DNA of 64,000 nt from an uncultured delta proteobacterium (GCA_963841435.1 CAWJCS010000005.1:1632001-1696000); one strand, 5' to 3'; positions 48,106 to 58,388 are shown, numbered from the stretch's first letter. Numbers and translations are program-made. Notes: a model not told the origin generated them from the letters alone.

Positions 48106-49284
48106 GTGTCGGGTCTCGCGGACTCGTTCGCAGCAGGGGAGCTAGCAGCGCTCGAGTCTCGAGGCTTGCTCCGCCACCCCGACGACGGCGCCGCTCGTGC
48201 CGCCTCAGCGGCCGCCGCCAGGGATCTCGGCGTGCCATTCATCGACGCTTCTTCCAACGACTACCTGGGGTTTGCCGCTGGGGGTGTTTCACGTGAAACA
48301 AGTGTTCAGGGAGCGCCGGGCGCCGGCGCCTCGCGGCTGATCCACGGCACGCGCCCCGAGCATGTGGAGCTCGAGCGAGCGCTCGCGGCGTGGATTGGAG
48401 CCCCGGCCGCGCTGCTGTTCTCGTCAGGGTACGCGGCGAACGTCGGGCTCCTTCAGGCGCTCGGCACCGACGGCACGGTGATCGTGTCGGACGCCCTGAA
48501 CCATGCCTCCATCGTCAACGGGTGCCGGCTGGCCCGCGCCCGCGTCGAGGTCGTGCCCCACCTGGACGTCGGAGCCGTTGAAGGCGCGCTGGCGGGCGCC
48601 GGGAGCTCGCGCGCGCGGTGGGTCGTTGTCGAGTCCCTCTTCAGCATGGACGGGGACGGTTCGGACCTCACTTCCCTTCGGGCGATCTGCGACCGCTACC
48701 GGGCCGGCCTCGTCGTCGACGAGGCGCACGCTCTCGGCGTCTTTGGCCCGCGTGGCTCGGGTCGGTGCCGGGCCGATGGCGTGGTGCCGGACGCGCTCGT
48801 GGGCACGCTGGGCAAGGCGGTGGGCGCGCAGGGCGCCTTCGTCGCCGGGTCGGATGCGCTTCGAACGCTGCTCTGGAACCGTGCTCGGCCCTTCGTCTTC
48901 TCCACGGCGCCCTCGCCGCTTCTCGCCGAGCTGGGCCTGTTTCACGTGCAACGTGCCGAGAGCGCCGAACCCGAGCGCACCAGACTTCATGCCTTCGCTG
49001 CAGAGCTTCGCGATCGGCTCGCAGCGCACGGCGTGGTGGTCGCGGACGGTCGCACTTCGGGCGTCGCGTCCCCCATCATTCCCATCATCGTGGGCAGCAA
49101 CGAACGCGCACTCGGAGTTGCTGTACGCCTCGGCTCAAGCGGCATCCTCGCTCAGGCAATCCGCTATCCCACCGTACCGCAGGGCACGGCTCGCCTCCGC
49201 GTCACGGTCAGCGCGGCCTGGCCTGACGGCGCGCCGGCTAGAGTGGCGTCGGCGGTCGCGAGCGCGCTCGCGGAGGTCACGTGA
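48106..49284 (+). CDS. bioF: 8-amino-7-oxononanoate synthase
   Basis: SSNDYLG, GASRL, SDALNHAS, SMDGD, DEAH, GTLGKA, AIRYPTVP; coupled to bioD. Confidence 0.92.
   Translation: MSGLADSFAAGELAALESRGLLRHPDDGAARAASAAAARDLGVPFIDASSNDYLGFAAGGVSRETSVQGAPGAGASRLIHGTRPEHVELERALAAWIGAPAALLFSSGYAANVGLLQALGTDGTVIVSDALNHASIVNGCRLARARVEVVPHLDVGAVEGALAGAGSSRARWVVVESLFSMDGDGSDLTSLRAICDRYRAGLVVDEAHALGVFGPRGSGRCRADGVVPDALVGTLGKAVGAQGAFVAGSDALRTLLWNRARPFVFSTAPSPLLAELGLFHVQRAESAEPERTRLHAFAAELRDRLAAHGVVVADGRTSGVASPIIPIIVGSNERALGVAVRLGSSGILAQAIRYPTVPQGTARLRVTVSAAWPDGAPARVASAVASALAEVT
48285..48300. promoter_or_regulatory. parS: parS site (perfect consensus)
   Basis: TGTTTCACGTGAAACA palindrome inside bioF, read as VSRET. 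Confidence 0.88.
48938..48953. promoter_or_regulatory. parS: parS site (near-consensus)
   Basis: TGTTTCACGTGCAACG, two mismatches to consensus. Confidence 0.65.
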
Positions 49285-49949
49285 CCCGACGTGTGTTGAT
49301 CGTGGGGACGGGCACGGGTGTCGGCAAGACTTGGGTCGGGTGCATGCTCGCCAGGGCCGCGGCGAGTCGGGGTGCGCGGGTGGTCGGTCTCAAGCCAGTC
49401 GAGAGCGGGGTCGCCGCGCCCCTGGCTCCGGGATCCGATGCGGCGGCGCTCGCGGCGGCCGCCGGGTTCCGGCCAGGCCCGCCACCGTACGGACTTCTGG
49501 GCGCGATCTCGCCGCACCTTGCGGCGCGCCGCTCGGGTACGCGCATCGAGCTCGAGCAGATCCTCATATACGTCCAGGACAATGAGTCCATCGCCGGAGA
49601 GCCCGCCGCCCTTTGCCTGATCGAGAGCGCCGGGGGTCTCTTCACGCCGCTCGGCCATGGCCTCACGAACTTCGATCTCGTGGCGACCCTCGAGCCCGAG
49701 TGGCTCGTGCTCGTAGCGCCGGACGCGCTCGGGGTGCTCCACGACGTCACGGCGACGCTCGGGCTCGCGCGCGCGCTCGGGCGCGACCCGGACGTGGTCG
49801 TGCTCTCGGCCGGGCGCACGCCCGACGAGAGCACGGGCACCAACGCCGAGGAGCTCGTGGAGCTCGGTATCGCGAAGAGCGTCTTTCGCGTGGAACGCGA
49901 TGCGAAGGAGACCCTGACGCCGCTCGTCGATGCGCTGCTTTCCCCATAA
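49281..49949 (+). CDS. bioD: Dethiobiotin synthetase
   Basis: GTGTGVGKT, KPVESG, SPHLAAR, ESAGGL. Confidence 0.92.
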   Translation: MTRRVLIVGTGTGVGKTWVGCMLARAAASRGARVVGLKPVESGVAAPLAPGSDAAALAAAAGFRPGPPPYGLLGAISPHLAARRSGTRIELEQILIYVQDNESIAGEPAALCLIESAGGLFTPLGHGLTNFDLVATLEPEWLVLVAPDALGVLHDVTATLGLARALGRDPDVVVLSAGRTPDESTGTNAEELVELGIAKSVFRVERDAKETLTPLVDALLSP

Positions 49950-49961
49950 TTCGGGCTGGGT

Positions 49962-50603
49962 TCAGCGCTTGACGACGCGCCCGCCCGAAAGCGTGATGCG
50001 TCGCGCCCCGAGCCTCTCGGCCTGCTCGGGTGCATGGCTCGAGACGACGACGAGAGTTCCGCGACGGCGCTCCTCGACGAGCGCGCTCTCGAGCAGCTCG
50101 GCACTCGCCGGATCGAGCCCCGTCCAGGGCTCGTCGAGCAGCAGCACGCTGGGTCGATGGGCGAGCGCACGCGCGAGCGCGATGCGTTGTCGCTGCCCGC
50201 GGGACAGCGTGCCGAAGGGTCGCTCCCCGAACGACTTTGCCTGCACGCGATCGGCGGTCGCCTCCCACGCCGCGCGGGGATCCACGCCGTAGAGTCGCGC
50301 GGCGAGCTCCACGTTCTCCCGCCCGGAGAGCTCGCGGTAGCACAGCGAGTCGTGTGAAACCCATCCGAGCTCCGGTCGCACGGCTTCCACGGCTTCGCCG
50401 AGCGGCTCGTAAATGACGCGGCCGAGCGTCGGGCGAATCGCGGTCGCGAGCACGGCCAAGAGCGTGCTCTTGCCGGCGCCGTTCGAGCCCTCGAGCGCGA
50501 CTAGCTGCCCGGACTCGAGGGTCAGGCTCACCGCGCGCAGCGCCGCAATGGCCCCGAACGTCCGGGTCACCGAGTCCACGACGATGCGCTCGATGGCTGG
50601 CAA
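49962..50603 (-). CDS. ABC transporter ATP-binding protein, CcmA-like
   Basis: GSNGAGKST, LSRGQRQR, LLDEP, SSH; WVSH..LSGRENV as in CcmA. Confidence 0.8.
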   Translation of the reverse strand: MPAIERIVVDSVTRTFGAIAALRAVSLTLESGQLVALEGSNGAGKSTLLAVLATAIRPTLGRVIYEPLGEAVEAVRPELGWVSHDSLCYRELSGRENVELAARLYGVDPRAAWEATADRVQAKSFGERPFGTLSRGQRQRIALARALAHRPSVLLLDEPWTGLDPASAELLESALVEERRRGTLVVVSSHAPEQAERLGARRITLSGGRVVKR

Positions 50604-50735
50604 GCTTTGCCGCTTTTATCACCCTTCGTGCCCTGACCCCCGACGGGCCCACGATTTTTCCGGCTCTATTCCCGCTGCGGCGAGGGGCCGGCCCGGGGAC
50701 TTCGGAGCCGGAAGCTCGTGCTAGTATCGACGCGG

Positions 50736-51701
50736 ATGAGTTCCTCCGCCGCCTTACTCGAGCCCCGGCGAGCCGAGCAGCTTGCCGAGCTGCGGTCGGC
50801 CGTCGGCGGAGCGCTGGAAGGCAAGGCCGACGTCGTCGAGCTTTCATTGATCGCCCTCCTCGCGAGAGGCCACGTCCTTTTGGAGGACGTCCCCGGCGTT
50901 GGCAAGACGACCCTCGCCCGTGCGCTCGCGCGAGCCGTTGGCGGCGAGATGCGGCGCGTGCAGTTCACGAGCGACCTCCTACCGAGCGACGTGCTGGGCG
51001 TGTCGATCTACGACCAGCACCGGAGCGATTTCGTGCTTCGGCACGGTCCGATCTTCACGAACGTGCTGCTCGCTGACGAGATCAACCGCGCGAGCCCGCG
51101 CACGCAATCCGCGCTGCTCGAGGCCATGAGTGATGGGCAAGTGTCACTCGACGGGCGCACGCTGCCGCTGCCCGAGCCGTTCTTCGTCGTCGCGACGCAA
51201 AACCCCCACGATTTTGCCGGAACCTATCAGCTGCCCGAGTCGCAGCTCGATCGCTTCATGATGCGCCTGCGCATCGGGTATCCGCCCCCCAGCGTCGAGA
51301 CTCGCTTGATGCTCGATCCCGACTACGACCGTGTCGAGGCGGTGCCCGTCGTGCTCGATCCGAAATCGCTCGTCAGCATGCAGCGCGAGGTCGATCGCAT
51401 CTCCACCGACGGGGCGCTCGGCGCGTACCTGCAGGCGCTCGTCACGGCGACGCGGACGACATCGACGCTGTCGCTGGGCGCGTCCACGCGCGCCGGCATG
51501 AACCTGTCGCGGGCCGCCCGCGCGCGAGCTCTCTTGCATGGGCGCCATTACTGCATCGCAGACGACATCCACAGTCTGGCCGTGCCGTTGCTCGCGCACC
51601 GCGTGCGGCTCGCCTCGCACGCCGAAGGTTATGTTCCGTCGCGCGACGAGGCCGAAACGGCCGTGCGCGAGGTCGTTTCGCGAGTGCCCGTGCCGCTGTG
51701 A
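50736..51701 (+). CDS. MoxR family AAA+ ATPase
   Basis: EDVPGVGKT, QFTSDLLPSD, DEINRA, ATQNP, LPESQLDRF. Confidence 0.93.
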   Translation: MSSSAALLEPRRAEQLAELRSAVGGALEGKADVVELSLIALLARGHVLLEDVPGVGKTTLARALARAVGGEMRRVQFTSDLLPSDVLGVSIYDQHRSDFVLRHGPIFTNVLLADEINRASPRTQSALLEAMSDGQVSLDGRTLPLPEPFFVVATQNPHDFAGTYQLPESQLDRFMMRLRIGYPPPSVETRLMLDPDYDRVEAVPVVLDPKSLVSMQREVDRISTDGALGAYLQALVTATRTTSTLSLGASTRAGMNLSRAARARALLHGRHYCIADDIHSLAVPLLAHRVRLASHAEGYVPSRDEAETAVREVVSRVPVPL

Positions 51702-52795
51702 ACGCGACGGCGCCTCGCGAGCGGCGACGCCCGCGGCCACCGATCGGTGTGCCCCGCAGGCGCCGCCGGTCCGAGCCCGCCGCGAAGCCCGAGCGACCCG
51801 TCGCCGCGTTCCTCCGCGGGTTTTTCGCGCGCTTCAAGCTGCCCCGCAAGCTCCGCATCACGCGTGAGGGCCGCTACTTCGTGCTCATCACGTTCCTCGT
51901 GGGGTTTGCCGCGATCAACACCGGCAACAACCTCCTCTATCTGCTGTTCGGCATGTTCCTGTCGCTCATCGTCGTCTCGGCGGTGATGAGCGAGCTCAGC
52001 CTGCGCCATCTCACGGTCCTGCGCCGACTCCCCCCGCGCGCTCAGGTGGGACGCGCGCACCTCGTCGAGATCGAGGTGTACAATCACAAGCGCCGCATCC
52101 CGTCCTACGCCATCGAGGTGGAGGATCTCAGGGCAGGCCAGCCAGCCGACAAGCGCTGCTTTTTCCTGAAAATCAGCCCCCGCTCGGCGCAGGTTGCCGC
52201 CTACCGGCGGACGCCCGCGCGGCGAGGCCGCGACCACCACGTCGGCTTTCGCATCGCGACGCGGTTTCCTTTCGGGTTGTTCGAAAAGTCGCGCGACATC
52301 ACCTCGGACGGCGATCTCGTCATTTACCCAGCCGTCGATGCCCTCGCGCTGCCCGTCGACGAGGCGGGCGATCGACAGGGCGGCATGCTGACGCTCGGAC
52401 GCGGCAGCGGCGACGAGACCGCCGGCGTGCGCCCCATGCGCGACGGCGACGACCCGCGTGACATCTACTGGCGTAAGAGCACCGAATCCCACCAGATGAT
52501 CGTGCGCGAGCGCGTGCGTGAGGCGCGGCGCGACGTGACGCTGACGCTCGAGTCCCGGCACGCCGGCGAGCGCCCGACCGACGAATTTTCCACGCGTTTC
52601 GAGCGCCGCATCCGCGAGGTGGCGTCGCGCGCCGTCGCCCACCTGAAACGGGGCGATTCGGTGACGCTCGCGACGACGGCGGGCGAGCGCGCTACGAGCG
52701 TTCCGGCGCGCGGCGCCGACCCCCTGCTGCGATTTCTCGCCCTGCTCGAGTCCGTGCCGCTCGACGATCCGGGCGACCGTCTGGAGGCCCGGTGA
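51698..52795 (+). CDS. DUF58 family protein
   Basis: AINTGNNLLY, FPFGLF, GDDPRDIYWRKS; typical MoxR partner. Confidence 0.88.
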   Translation: MNATAPRERRRPRPPIGVPRRRRRSEPAAKPERPVAAFLRGFFARFKLPRKLRITREGRYFVLITFLVGFAAINTGNNLLYLLFGMFLSLIVVSAVMSELSLRHLTVLRRLPPRAQVGRAHLVEIEVYNHKRRIPSYAIEVEDLRAGQPADKRCFFLKISPRSAQVAAYRRTPARRGRDHHVGFRIATRFPFGLFEKSRDITSDGDLVIYPAVDALALPVDEAGDRQGGMLTLGRGSGDETAGVRPMRDGDDPRDIYWRKSTESHQMIVRERVREARRDVTLTLESRHAGERPTDEFSTRFERRIREVASRAVAHLKRGDSVTLATTAGERATSVPARGADPLLRFLALLESVPLDDPGDRLEAR

Positions 52796-54951
52796 GGTTC
52801 GGCGTCGTTCACCGCGTGATGACTGACACGCTCGCCGTGCTCGGGCTTCTCGCGTTGCTCTCGAGCGGCGAGGTGGACCGCAGTGTCTCGGTCGTCATCC
52901 TGCTTGGGCTCGTTGCAGCCATCGGCCTGCCCGAGCGCGTGTTCGAGCGGCCGCTCGTGCGGCGGGTCACGGCCGTGCTGCCGCTCGTGCTTTTGGGCGT
53001 GCAGGTGCTGCGGCTGATGGCGGGTGCGAGCCTGCTCGTGACGGCCATCGAGTTTGCCGCGGGTCTCCAGGTCTTGAGGCTCGCGACCCGCCGCGGCGCC
53101 GCTCACGACCAGCAGGTGATCGTGCTGGCGCTCCTGCACCTGATCGCCGGCACGGTGCTCGGCAGTGGTCTCACCTATGCCTTCTGTTTCCTCGGCTTCT
53201 TGATCGTCACGCCGGGGGCGCTCGTCTTGAGCCACCTGCGGCGCGAGGTCGAGGGCAACTACCGGCAGGGCGCGCGCGATCGAACGGGGCTGCCCGTCGA
53301 CGTGCCGCGCATCCTGCGGAGCCGCCGCGTGATCGGTCGGCAGTTCCTGCTGCTCACGTGCCTGCTCTCCGTGCCGATCTTCGTGTTCACGGCCGTGCTC
53401 TTCGTGCTGTTTCCGCGCGTCGGGCTCTCGCTCTTGCTCCTCAACCGGAACCAGCCCGAGCGCATGGTCGGCTTCTCGGAGCGCGTCAACCTCGGCGGTG
53501 TGGGCAAGCTGCGCTCCGACCCGAGCATCGTGATGCGCGTGGAGCCCCCGGGTCTCGGCGCGAAGCCCCCGCCCCGGCTCGCGCTGTACCTGCGCGGCGC
53601 CGCCTTCGATCGCTACGACGGGCGGGCCTGGTCGCGGCAGCGCCGCGAGGACGTGCCCGCCGACCAGGCGGGCAACGCCGTGCGCATCGTCCGATTTCCG
53701 GACCCCGTGCGTGATCGCCTCATGCGTATCGACCTGGAGCCGATCGAGCCGCCCGTGGTGTTTCTGCCTCTCGACGCGGTCGCGCTCAGGATCCTGTCGC
53801 CTGGACCGTCGCTCGATCAGGCCAATCCCGAGCTTTTCAACGCGCCGGAGGGCGTGTTGCGCTACCGCTCGCTCGGCGATCGCGGGCTGCGCTACGAAGT
53901 GTCGCTCGCGGGAAGCGGCGAGCTCAGGCCCCGCGCGCTCTCGCCGACGGAGCGGCTCCGCTACCTCTCGCTGCCGCCGCTCTCCCCGCGCATCCAGGGG
54001 CTCGCGGAGAGCTGGACCGGGGGCGCGACGAGTGACCTCGAGCGCGCGCGGCGGATCGAAGCCAAGCTGAGGACCCTCTACCGCTACGATCTCGATTCGC
54101 CGTCCGGTGCTGCCAAGAAGCCCCTCGAGGACTTTCTCTTCAATTCGCACCGGGGCCACTGTGAGTTTTACTCGACGGCCATGGCCGTCATGCTGCGCTC
54201 CCTCGCGGTGCCGGCCCGCAACGTCACGGGCTTCGTCGGCGGGACCTACAATCGGTTCTCTCGCTCGTACGTGGTGCGGCAGGGTGATGCGCATTCCTGG
54301 GTCGAGGCGTGGGTGGACGGCGTCGGCTGGACGCGCTTCGACCCGACGCCGCCTTCGGACGCCGCGCCGCGCAGCGAGCTCAACGGGGCGCTGGCGCTGA
54401 TTCGCGACCTCGTCGAGGCGCTCGGCCAGCGCTGGAGCCGCCACGTCGTCGGCTACGATCTGCACCAGCAGATCGGCCTTTATCATCAGCTGCGCAATCG
54501 CTACGAACGGCTCGCCCCCCGCTACCCGTGGGCCAAACAGCTGCTCGCGTCCCCGCGCCGGCTCTTGCTCGGGGCGCTCGGGGCGCTCGGCCTGTTCTTC
54601 GGGCTGCGCGAGCTCTGGCGGCGGCGCAAAGCGCCTGCGCGGCGCAGCGAGCGACCCGAGGACGAGCGCCGCGCCCACGAGGCGGCCGAGCTCTACCGGG
54701 CGCTCGAAAGCGTGCTGGCGATGCGCGGCGTGCCACGGCCGGCTGGCATGCCGCCATTTGCCCACGCCAGCGCGCTCGCGGCGCTCGGACATCCGCTCGG
54801 CCCGGACGCCCTCGACCTCACGGAGCGCTATCTGCGCTTCCGCTTCGGCGGCGAGACCCTCGATGCGTCGGCGCGGCGCGCCTACCTCGAGCGGCTACGC
54901 GCTCTGAAGAGCCTGCCACTCGCGCGGCCTAACTCGCAACGCGCCGCTTGA
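52792..54951 (+). CDS. TgpA-like membrane transglutaminase-domain protein (DUF3488)
   Basis: Multi-TM N-terminus; GHCEFYS, AHSWVE, FDPT give a Cys-His-Asp triad. Confidence 0.9.
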   Translation: MRFGVVHRVMTDTLAVLGLLALLSSGEVDRSVSVVILLGLVAAIGLPERVFERPLVRRVTAVLPLVLLGVQVLRLMAGASLLVTAIEFAAGLQVLRLATRRGAAHDQQVIVLALLHLIAGTVLGSGLTYAFCFLGFLIVTPGALVLSHLRREVEGNYRQGARDRTGLPVDVPRILRSRRVIGRQFLLLTCLLSVPIFVFTAVLFVLFPRVGLSLLLLNRNQPERMVGFSERVNLGGVGKLRSDPSIVMRVEPPGLGAKPPPRLALYLRGAAFDRYDGRAWSRQRREDVPADQAGNAVRIVRFPDPVRDRLMRIDLEPIEPPVVFLPLDAVALRILSPGPSLDQANPELFNAPEGVLRYRSLGDRGLRYEVSLAGSGELRPRALSPTERLRYLSLPPLSPRIQGLAESWTGGATSDLERARRIEAKLRTLYRYDLDSPSGAAKKPLEDFLFNSHRGHCEFYSTAMAVMLRSLAVPARNVTGFVGGTYNRFSRSYVVRQGDAHSWVEAWVDGVGWTRFDPTPPSDAAPRSELNGALALIRDLVEALGQRWSRHVVGYDLHQQIGLYHQLRNRYERLAPRYPWAKQLLASPRRLLLGALGALGLFFGLRELWRRRKAPARRSERPEDERRAHEAAELYRALESVLAMRGVPRPAGMPPFAHASALAALGHPLGPDALDLTERYLRFRFGGETLDASARRAYLERLRALKSLPLARPNSQRAA

Positions 54952-55420
54952 GCACGACCCGCGTCGGCGCGGGCTGATCCGCACCGGCCTTCGCGGGGGC
55001 GACGCCGTAGAACGCGTCCGCCGCGGGACGCGCCTCGAGGCCGTCATAGTCCAGATCCGGACGTCCGCTTTCGACCCAAGCGACAATCACCGGCGCCTCG
55101 TCGCTCGCACCGATGCCGAGCACGTCGACGGCAACGCCCTTCTGGAGCTCGGCCGGCGTGATCGCTCGCTGGGTCGAGGCGAGCGGCTTGCCGCGGCTAC
55201 CGGGCAGCTTGCCGTCGGCGAGGCTGGACGGCGCGTACGACTGCACGATCAGGCGGTATCCGTGCTGAGAATCAGCGAGCTGCCGCGGATCGGCCGAGAC
55301 CGCGGCACGGACGCGGTGAACGGCGCCGATGCCGACCGTCGTCGCGGCGACGAGGGCCACCCACGACGCGCCTGCGACGGGCGCCTTGGCTCGCTTGCGG
55401 TTGGTCTTCGTCGTTGCCAC
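54929..55420 (-). CDS. Hypothetical exported or membrane-anchored protein
   Basis: Basic N-terminus then hydrophobic segment; SD GGAG; sigma54-type promoter upstream. Confidence 0.65.
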   Translation of the reverse strand: MATTKTNRKRAKAPVAGASWVALVAATTVGIGAVHRVRAAVSADPRQLADSQHGYRLIVQSYAPSSLADGKLPGSRGKPLASTQRAITPAELQKGVAVDVLGIGASDEAPVIVAWVESGRPDLDYDGLEARPAADAFYGVAPAKAGADQPAPTRVVLKRRVAS

Positions 55421-55483
55421 GTCGCTCTCCGGTATGAACGTCCGAGCCCCTCCGAAAGTTTCTGGGCTCTCACCCAAAACAGA

Positions 55484-55499
55484 AGCACGCGTCGTGCCA
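55484..55499 (-). promoter_or_regulatory. sigma54 -24/-12 promoter
   Basis: Minus strand TGGCACGACGCGTGCT (GG-N10-GC). Confidence 0.65.
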
Positions 55500-55578
55500 A
55501 CCGGGCTAACGAGTCAGGTCGGCTGCGCGGCCGCATGGCGTGCCGCGCACAAGTGCCCATGATCGCGCGGCTTTGGCG

Positions 55579-57006
55579 CTACTTGGCGGCCAGAATGCGA
55601 GCCGCCCAGGCGAGCGCCTGCCGGCAGGTGGCGTCGCTTTCCGTCACACCGCGCTGTCGCCGATACGGACCGAGCGTGACAGCAACGTCGCGCCCGCGGC
55701 GCAAGACGGCAAACGGACCGCGCCGCGCCCGCTCGCGGCAAACGCTTCCGCCACGCGCTGCCTTTTCGGCACCCTGCGCCGTGGGGCTTGCCGCCGTTCC
55801 CGCTCTGCGCTCCTCGGGCTCGCCCGCGAGCGCGCCCCGGACGAGCGCCGTGAACGCGCCGGCGGCGTGCGTCGTGTCGTCGAACGCGAACCTGAGGGCG
55901 AACGCCCGGCGGTCGCCAGTGGCGAACACCACCTGCTGGTCGCCGCCCCAGCCCGCGGCGGCCTCGGCAGCCGTGACCGCCGGCAGCCACTCCTCGAGCG
56001 CGAGGCGGAGCGCCTGTTCGCCGAGCACGTCGGCGACCAGCACGTCGCGCGGGCCCTCCGCTGGCGGCACGGGTTGGGGGACGCGCGCCGCGGCCTCGTG
56101 GGCGAGGTACTTTTCTGGGTGCAGGACCTGCTCGGTCGTCGTCGGCGGGTCCTTCCAGGCCGCGTCCACGGCGGCCCAGCCTCCCAGGCGCCGGAGCGCG
56201 TGGACGAACGCGACGCCGTCCACGTAGGGCGCCACCACCGAGCGCTTGAGAATGGCGGGCACGTCGGCGATCTCGGGCATCGCCTCGATGAGACCCATCC
56301 CGCTCGCCAGCGCGCTCACCGGGACATCGAGCGCGGTGCGACCGTCTCCGGCCAGCATGAGGTCGAGCATCGCGCTCGTGGCATCACCTTCGGCGAGCGA
56401 CTGCACGGCCGCCAGCGCGTCCCCGCGCCCCGGCGACCACTTGAGGCGAGGCGCGAGATCGTAGTGCTGATCTTGCAGTGCGTGGACGAGCTCGTGCCAG
56501 AGCGTCGCTTCTTCGCCGGCCTGGCCGAGGTCGTCGAGCCAGAAAAGGGCCTTTTCGCGCGGGTCGTAGAAGCCTGCGAGCTGACTGCCGAGTAGCTCGA
56601 GGATGCTCTTTTCGTAGTCGAGATCGGCGCTCGCGGCGCCGAGCAGAAAGAGGCTCTCGGACCCACCTTCGAGCAAGGCGGGATCGAGGTCCGAGAGCAC
56701 CTCGCGTCGCATGCGGTCGGCAAGCTCGCGCCGTGGGATGACGTGGCTCGTCACGGGGCCCAAGGCGGCGAGCTGGCGCGCGCGTGCGACCCGGGCGAGT
56801 GCCTCGGCCACGTGCGTCTGGCGCTGCCGGTCCTCGAGCGTGGCGTCGGGGGGCTTCGTGGGGGCTTCCGTGCTCCGTGACCGGGCCGCGTCGATCGCTG
56901 CGCCAGGCGGCGCCGCGGGCGCAGGGTGGGCCTCACCGGACTGGGCGGCGCAGGCGGCGCAGCCGAGCGCCACGAACGCCCAAGCGGTGCGCACACCGAG
57001 CTTCAC
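55579..57006 (-). CDS. Lipoprotein with zincin-like HExxH motif
   Basis: Cys-containing signal peptide; AGFYDP, HELVHALQDQH, EGDA, TTEQVLHPEKY. Confidence 0.8.
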   Translation of the reverse strand: MKLGVRTAWAFVALGCAACAAQSGEAHPAPAAPPGAAIDAARSRSTEAPTKPPDATLEDRQRQTHVAEALARVARARQLAALGPVTSHVIPRRELADRMRREVLSDLDPALLEGGSESLFLLGAASADLDYEKSILELLGSQLAGFYDPREKALFWLDDLGQAGEEATLWHELVHALQDQHYDLAPRLKWSPGRGDALAAVQSLAEGDATSAMLDLMLAGDGRTALDVPVSALASGMGLIEAMPEIADVPAILKRSVVAPYVDGVAFVHALRRLGGWAAVDAAWKDPPTTTEQVLHPEKYLAHEAAARVPQPVPPAEGPRDVLVADVLGEQALRLALEEWLPAVTAAEAAAGWGGDQQVVFATGDRRAFALRFAFDDTTHAAGAFTALVRGALAGEPEERRAGTAASPTAQGAEKAARGGSVCRERARRGPFAVLRRGRDVAVTLGPYRRQRGVTESDATCRQALAWAARILAAK

Positions 57007-57659
57007 GTGGCTGCCGCGCGCAACGCGGCGATCGCCCGGGCGCGGTCCGGCTGGTCGAAAATCGCATGACCGGCGACGAGCACGCGTGCCCCCGCCTCGA
57101 CGACCCGATGGGCTGTATCGGGTGCAATGCCCCCGTCAACCTCCAGATCGATGGCGCGCCCCGAGGCGTCGATGAGCTCGCGCACGCGCCGGATTTTCGC
57201 GACCATCGCGGGCAGAAACACCTGCCCGCCGAAGCCGGGGTTCACCGTCATCACGAGCACCTGATCGAGATCGTCGAGCACCCAGCGCAGCGTCTCTTCC
57301 GGCGTGTGCGGGTTGAGGACGGCGCCCGATCGCTTGCCGAGCTCGCGGATCTGGTGGAGCGCACGCTGCAAGTGGCGGGCGGCCTCCACGTGCACCATGA
57401 TCGTGTCCGCGCCCGCCGCTGCAAAAGCGGCCACGTGGCGCTCGGGCTCCACGATCATGAGGTGCACGTCGACGGGCAGCGTCGTCGCCTTCCTCACGGC
57501 CGAAACGACCAGCGGACCGAAGGTGATGTTCGGGACGAAACAACCATCCATCACGTCAACGTGGATCCGGTCCGCGCCGGCCGCCTCGACCGCCTTCACT
57601 TCTTCGGCCAGGCGTCCGAGATCGGAGCTGAGGACGGAAGGAGCGATTTCTACCGACAT
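57003..57659 (-). CDS. rpe: Ribulose-phosphate 3-epimerase
   Basis: IAPSVLS, HVDVMDG, DVHLMI, MTVNPGFGGQ, EVDGG. Confidence 0.96.
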   Translation of the reverse strand: MSVEIAPSVLSSDLGRLAEEVKAVEAAGADRIHVDVMDGCFVPNITFGPLVVSAVRKATTLPVDVHLMIVEPERHVAAFAAAGADTIMVHVEAARHLQRALHQIRELGKRSGAVLNPHTPEETLRWVLDDLDQVLVMTVNPGFGGQVFLPAMVAKIRRVRELIDASGRAIDLEVDGGIAPDTAHRVVEAGARVLVAGHAIFDQPDRARAIAALRAAAT

Positions 57660-57781
57660 GGTCGCCTATGCGTCCACCTACCCGACGTTCGTGGCGAACG
57701 CCAGCACCCGATCCGAATGCCGGCGAGCGCGTTACTCGCGCGGCGGAGCGTGTTAGGCTCGGGTCGTTCGGCCCAGAAACG

Positions 57782-58219
57782 ATGATCACAAGGCCCCTCG
57801 GTAAGCAGGACTACGACCACATCGTTCAAATCATCGACCGATGGTGGGGCGGTCCGACGACGGCGCTCGCGCATCCGATCTTCTTCTACGAGCTTGGGTC
57901 GATGGCGCGGGTCGTCGAGCACGACGGGATTCTCGTCGGCTTCCTGCTCGGCTTCGTGGCACCGGGTCCGCCGAAGACCGGCTACGTGCACCTGGTCGGG
58001 ATCCACCCCGACTATCGGCGGCGCGGTGTCGGCAAGGTGCTCTACCAGACCTTCGAGGAAGACTCGCGCGCGGCGGGCTGCACGCGGCTCAAGGCGATCA
58101 CCACCGTGGGGAACGAAGGCTCGATCGCGTTCCACAAAGCAACCGGCTGGAGCGTCACCTACGTCGAGGACTACGCTGGCCCCGCGCGCCCGCGTATCGT
58201 TTTTCAGAAGAGCCTGTAG
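57782..58219 (+). CDS. GNAT family N-acetyltransferase
   Basis: GYVHLVGIHPDYRRRGVG acetyl-CoA motif; NEGSIAFH. Confidence 0.9.
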   Translation: MITRPLGKQDYDHIVQIIDRWWGGPTTALAHPIFFYELGSMARVVEHDGILVGFLLGFVAPGPPKTGYVHLVGIHPDYRRRGVGKVLYQTFEEDSRAAGCTRLKAITTVGNEGSIAFHKATGWSVTYVEDYAGPARPRIVFQKSL

Positions 58220-58388
58220 CGCCCGCCATCGTGCGCGGCGCATCGCCCTTGGAAGCTTTCGACGCGAGCGCCGGCTCGCCGGGAGCGAGCGCTCTCGGAC
58301 CGGCGTTCGAGGCATTCTTCACGCGGGCGGGCGCGCGCTCGTCACCGGTAGCGCCGTCGCGCGCGGAGAGTGCTAGGGTCCCGCCGCC

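Noticed and set aside
48106-49284. Serine palmitoyltransferase partnering the GT21 gene
   Set aside because: GTLGKA motif and direct coupling to bioD indicate BioF
50736-54951. MoxR-DUF58-transglutaminase operon as a new system
   Set aside because: This is a well-known, widespread gene trio
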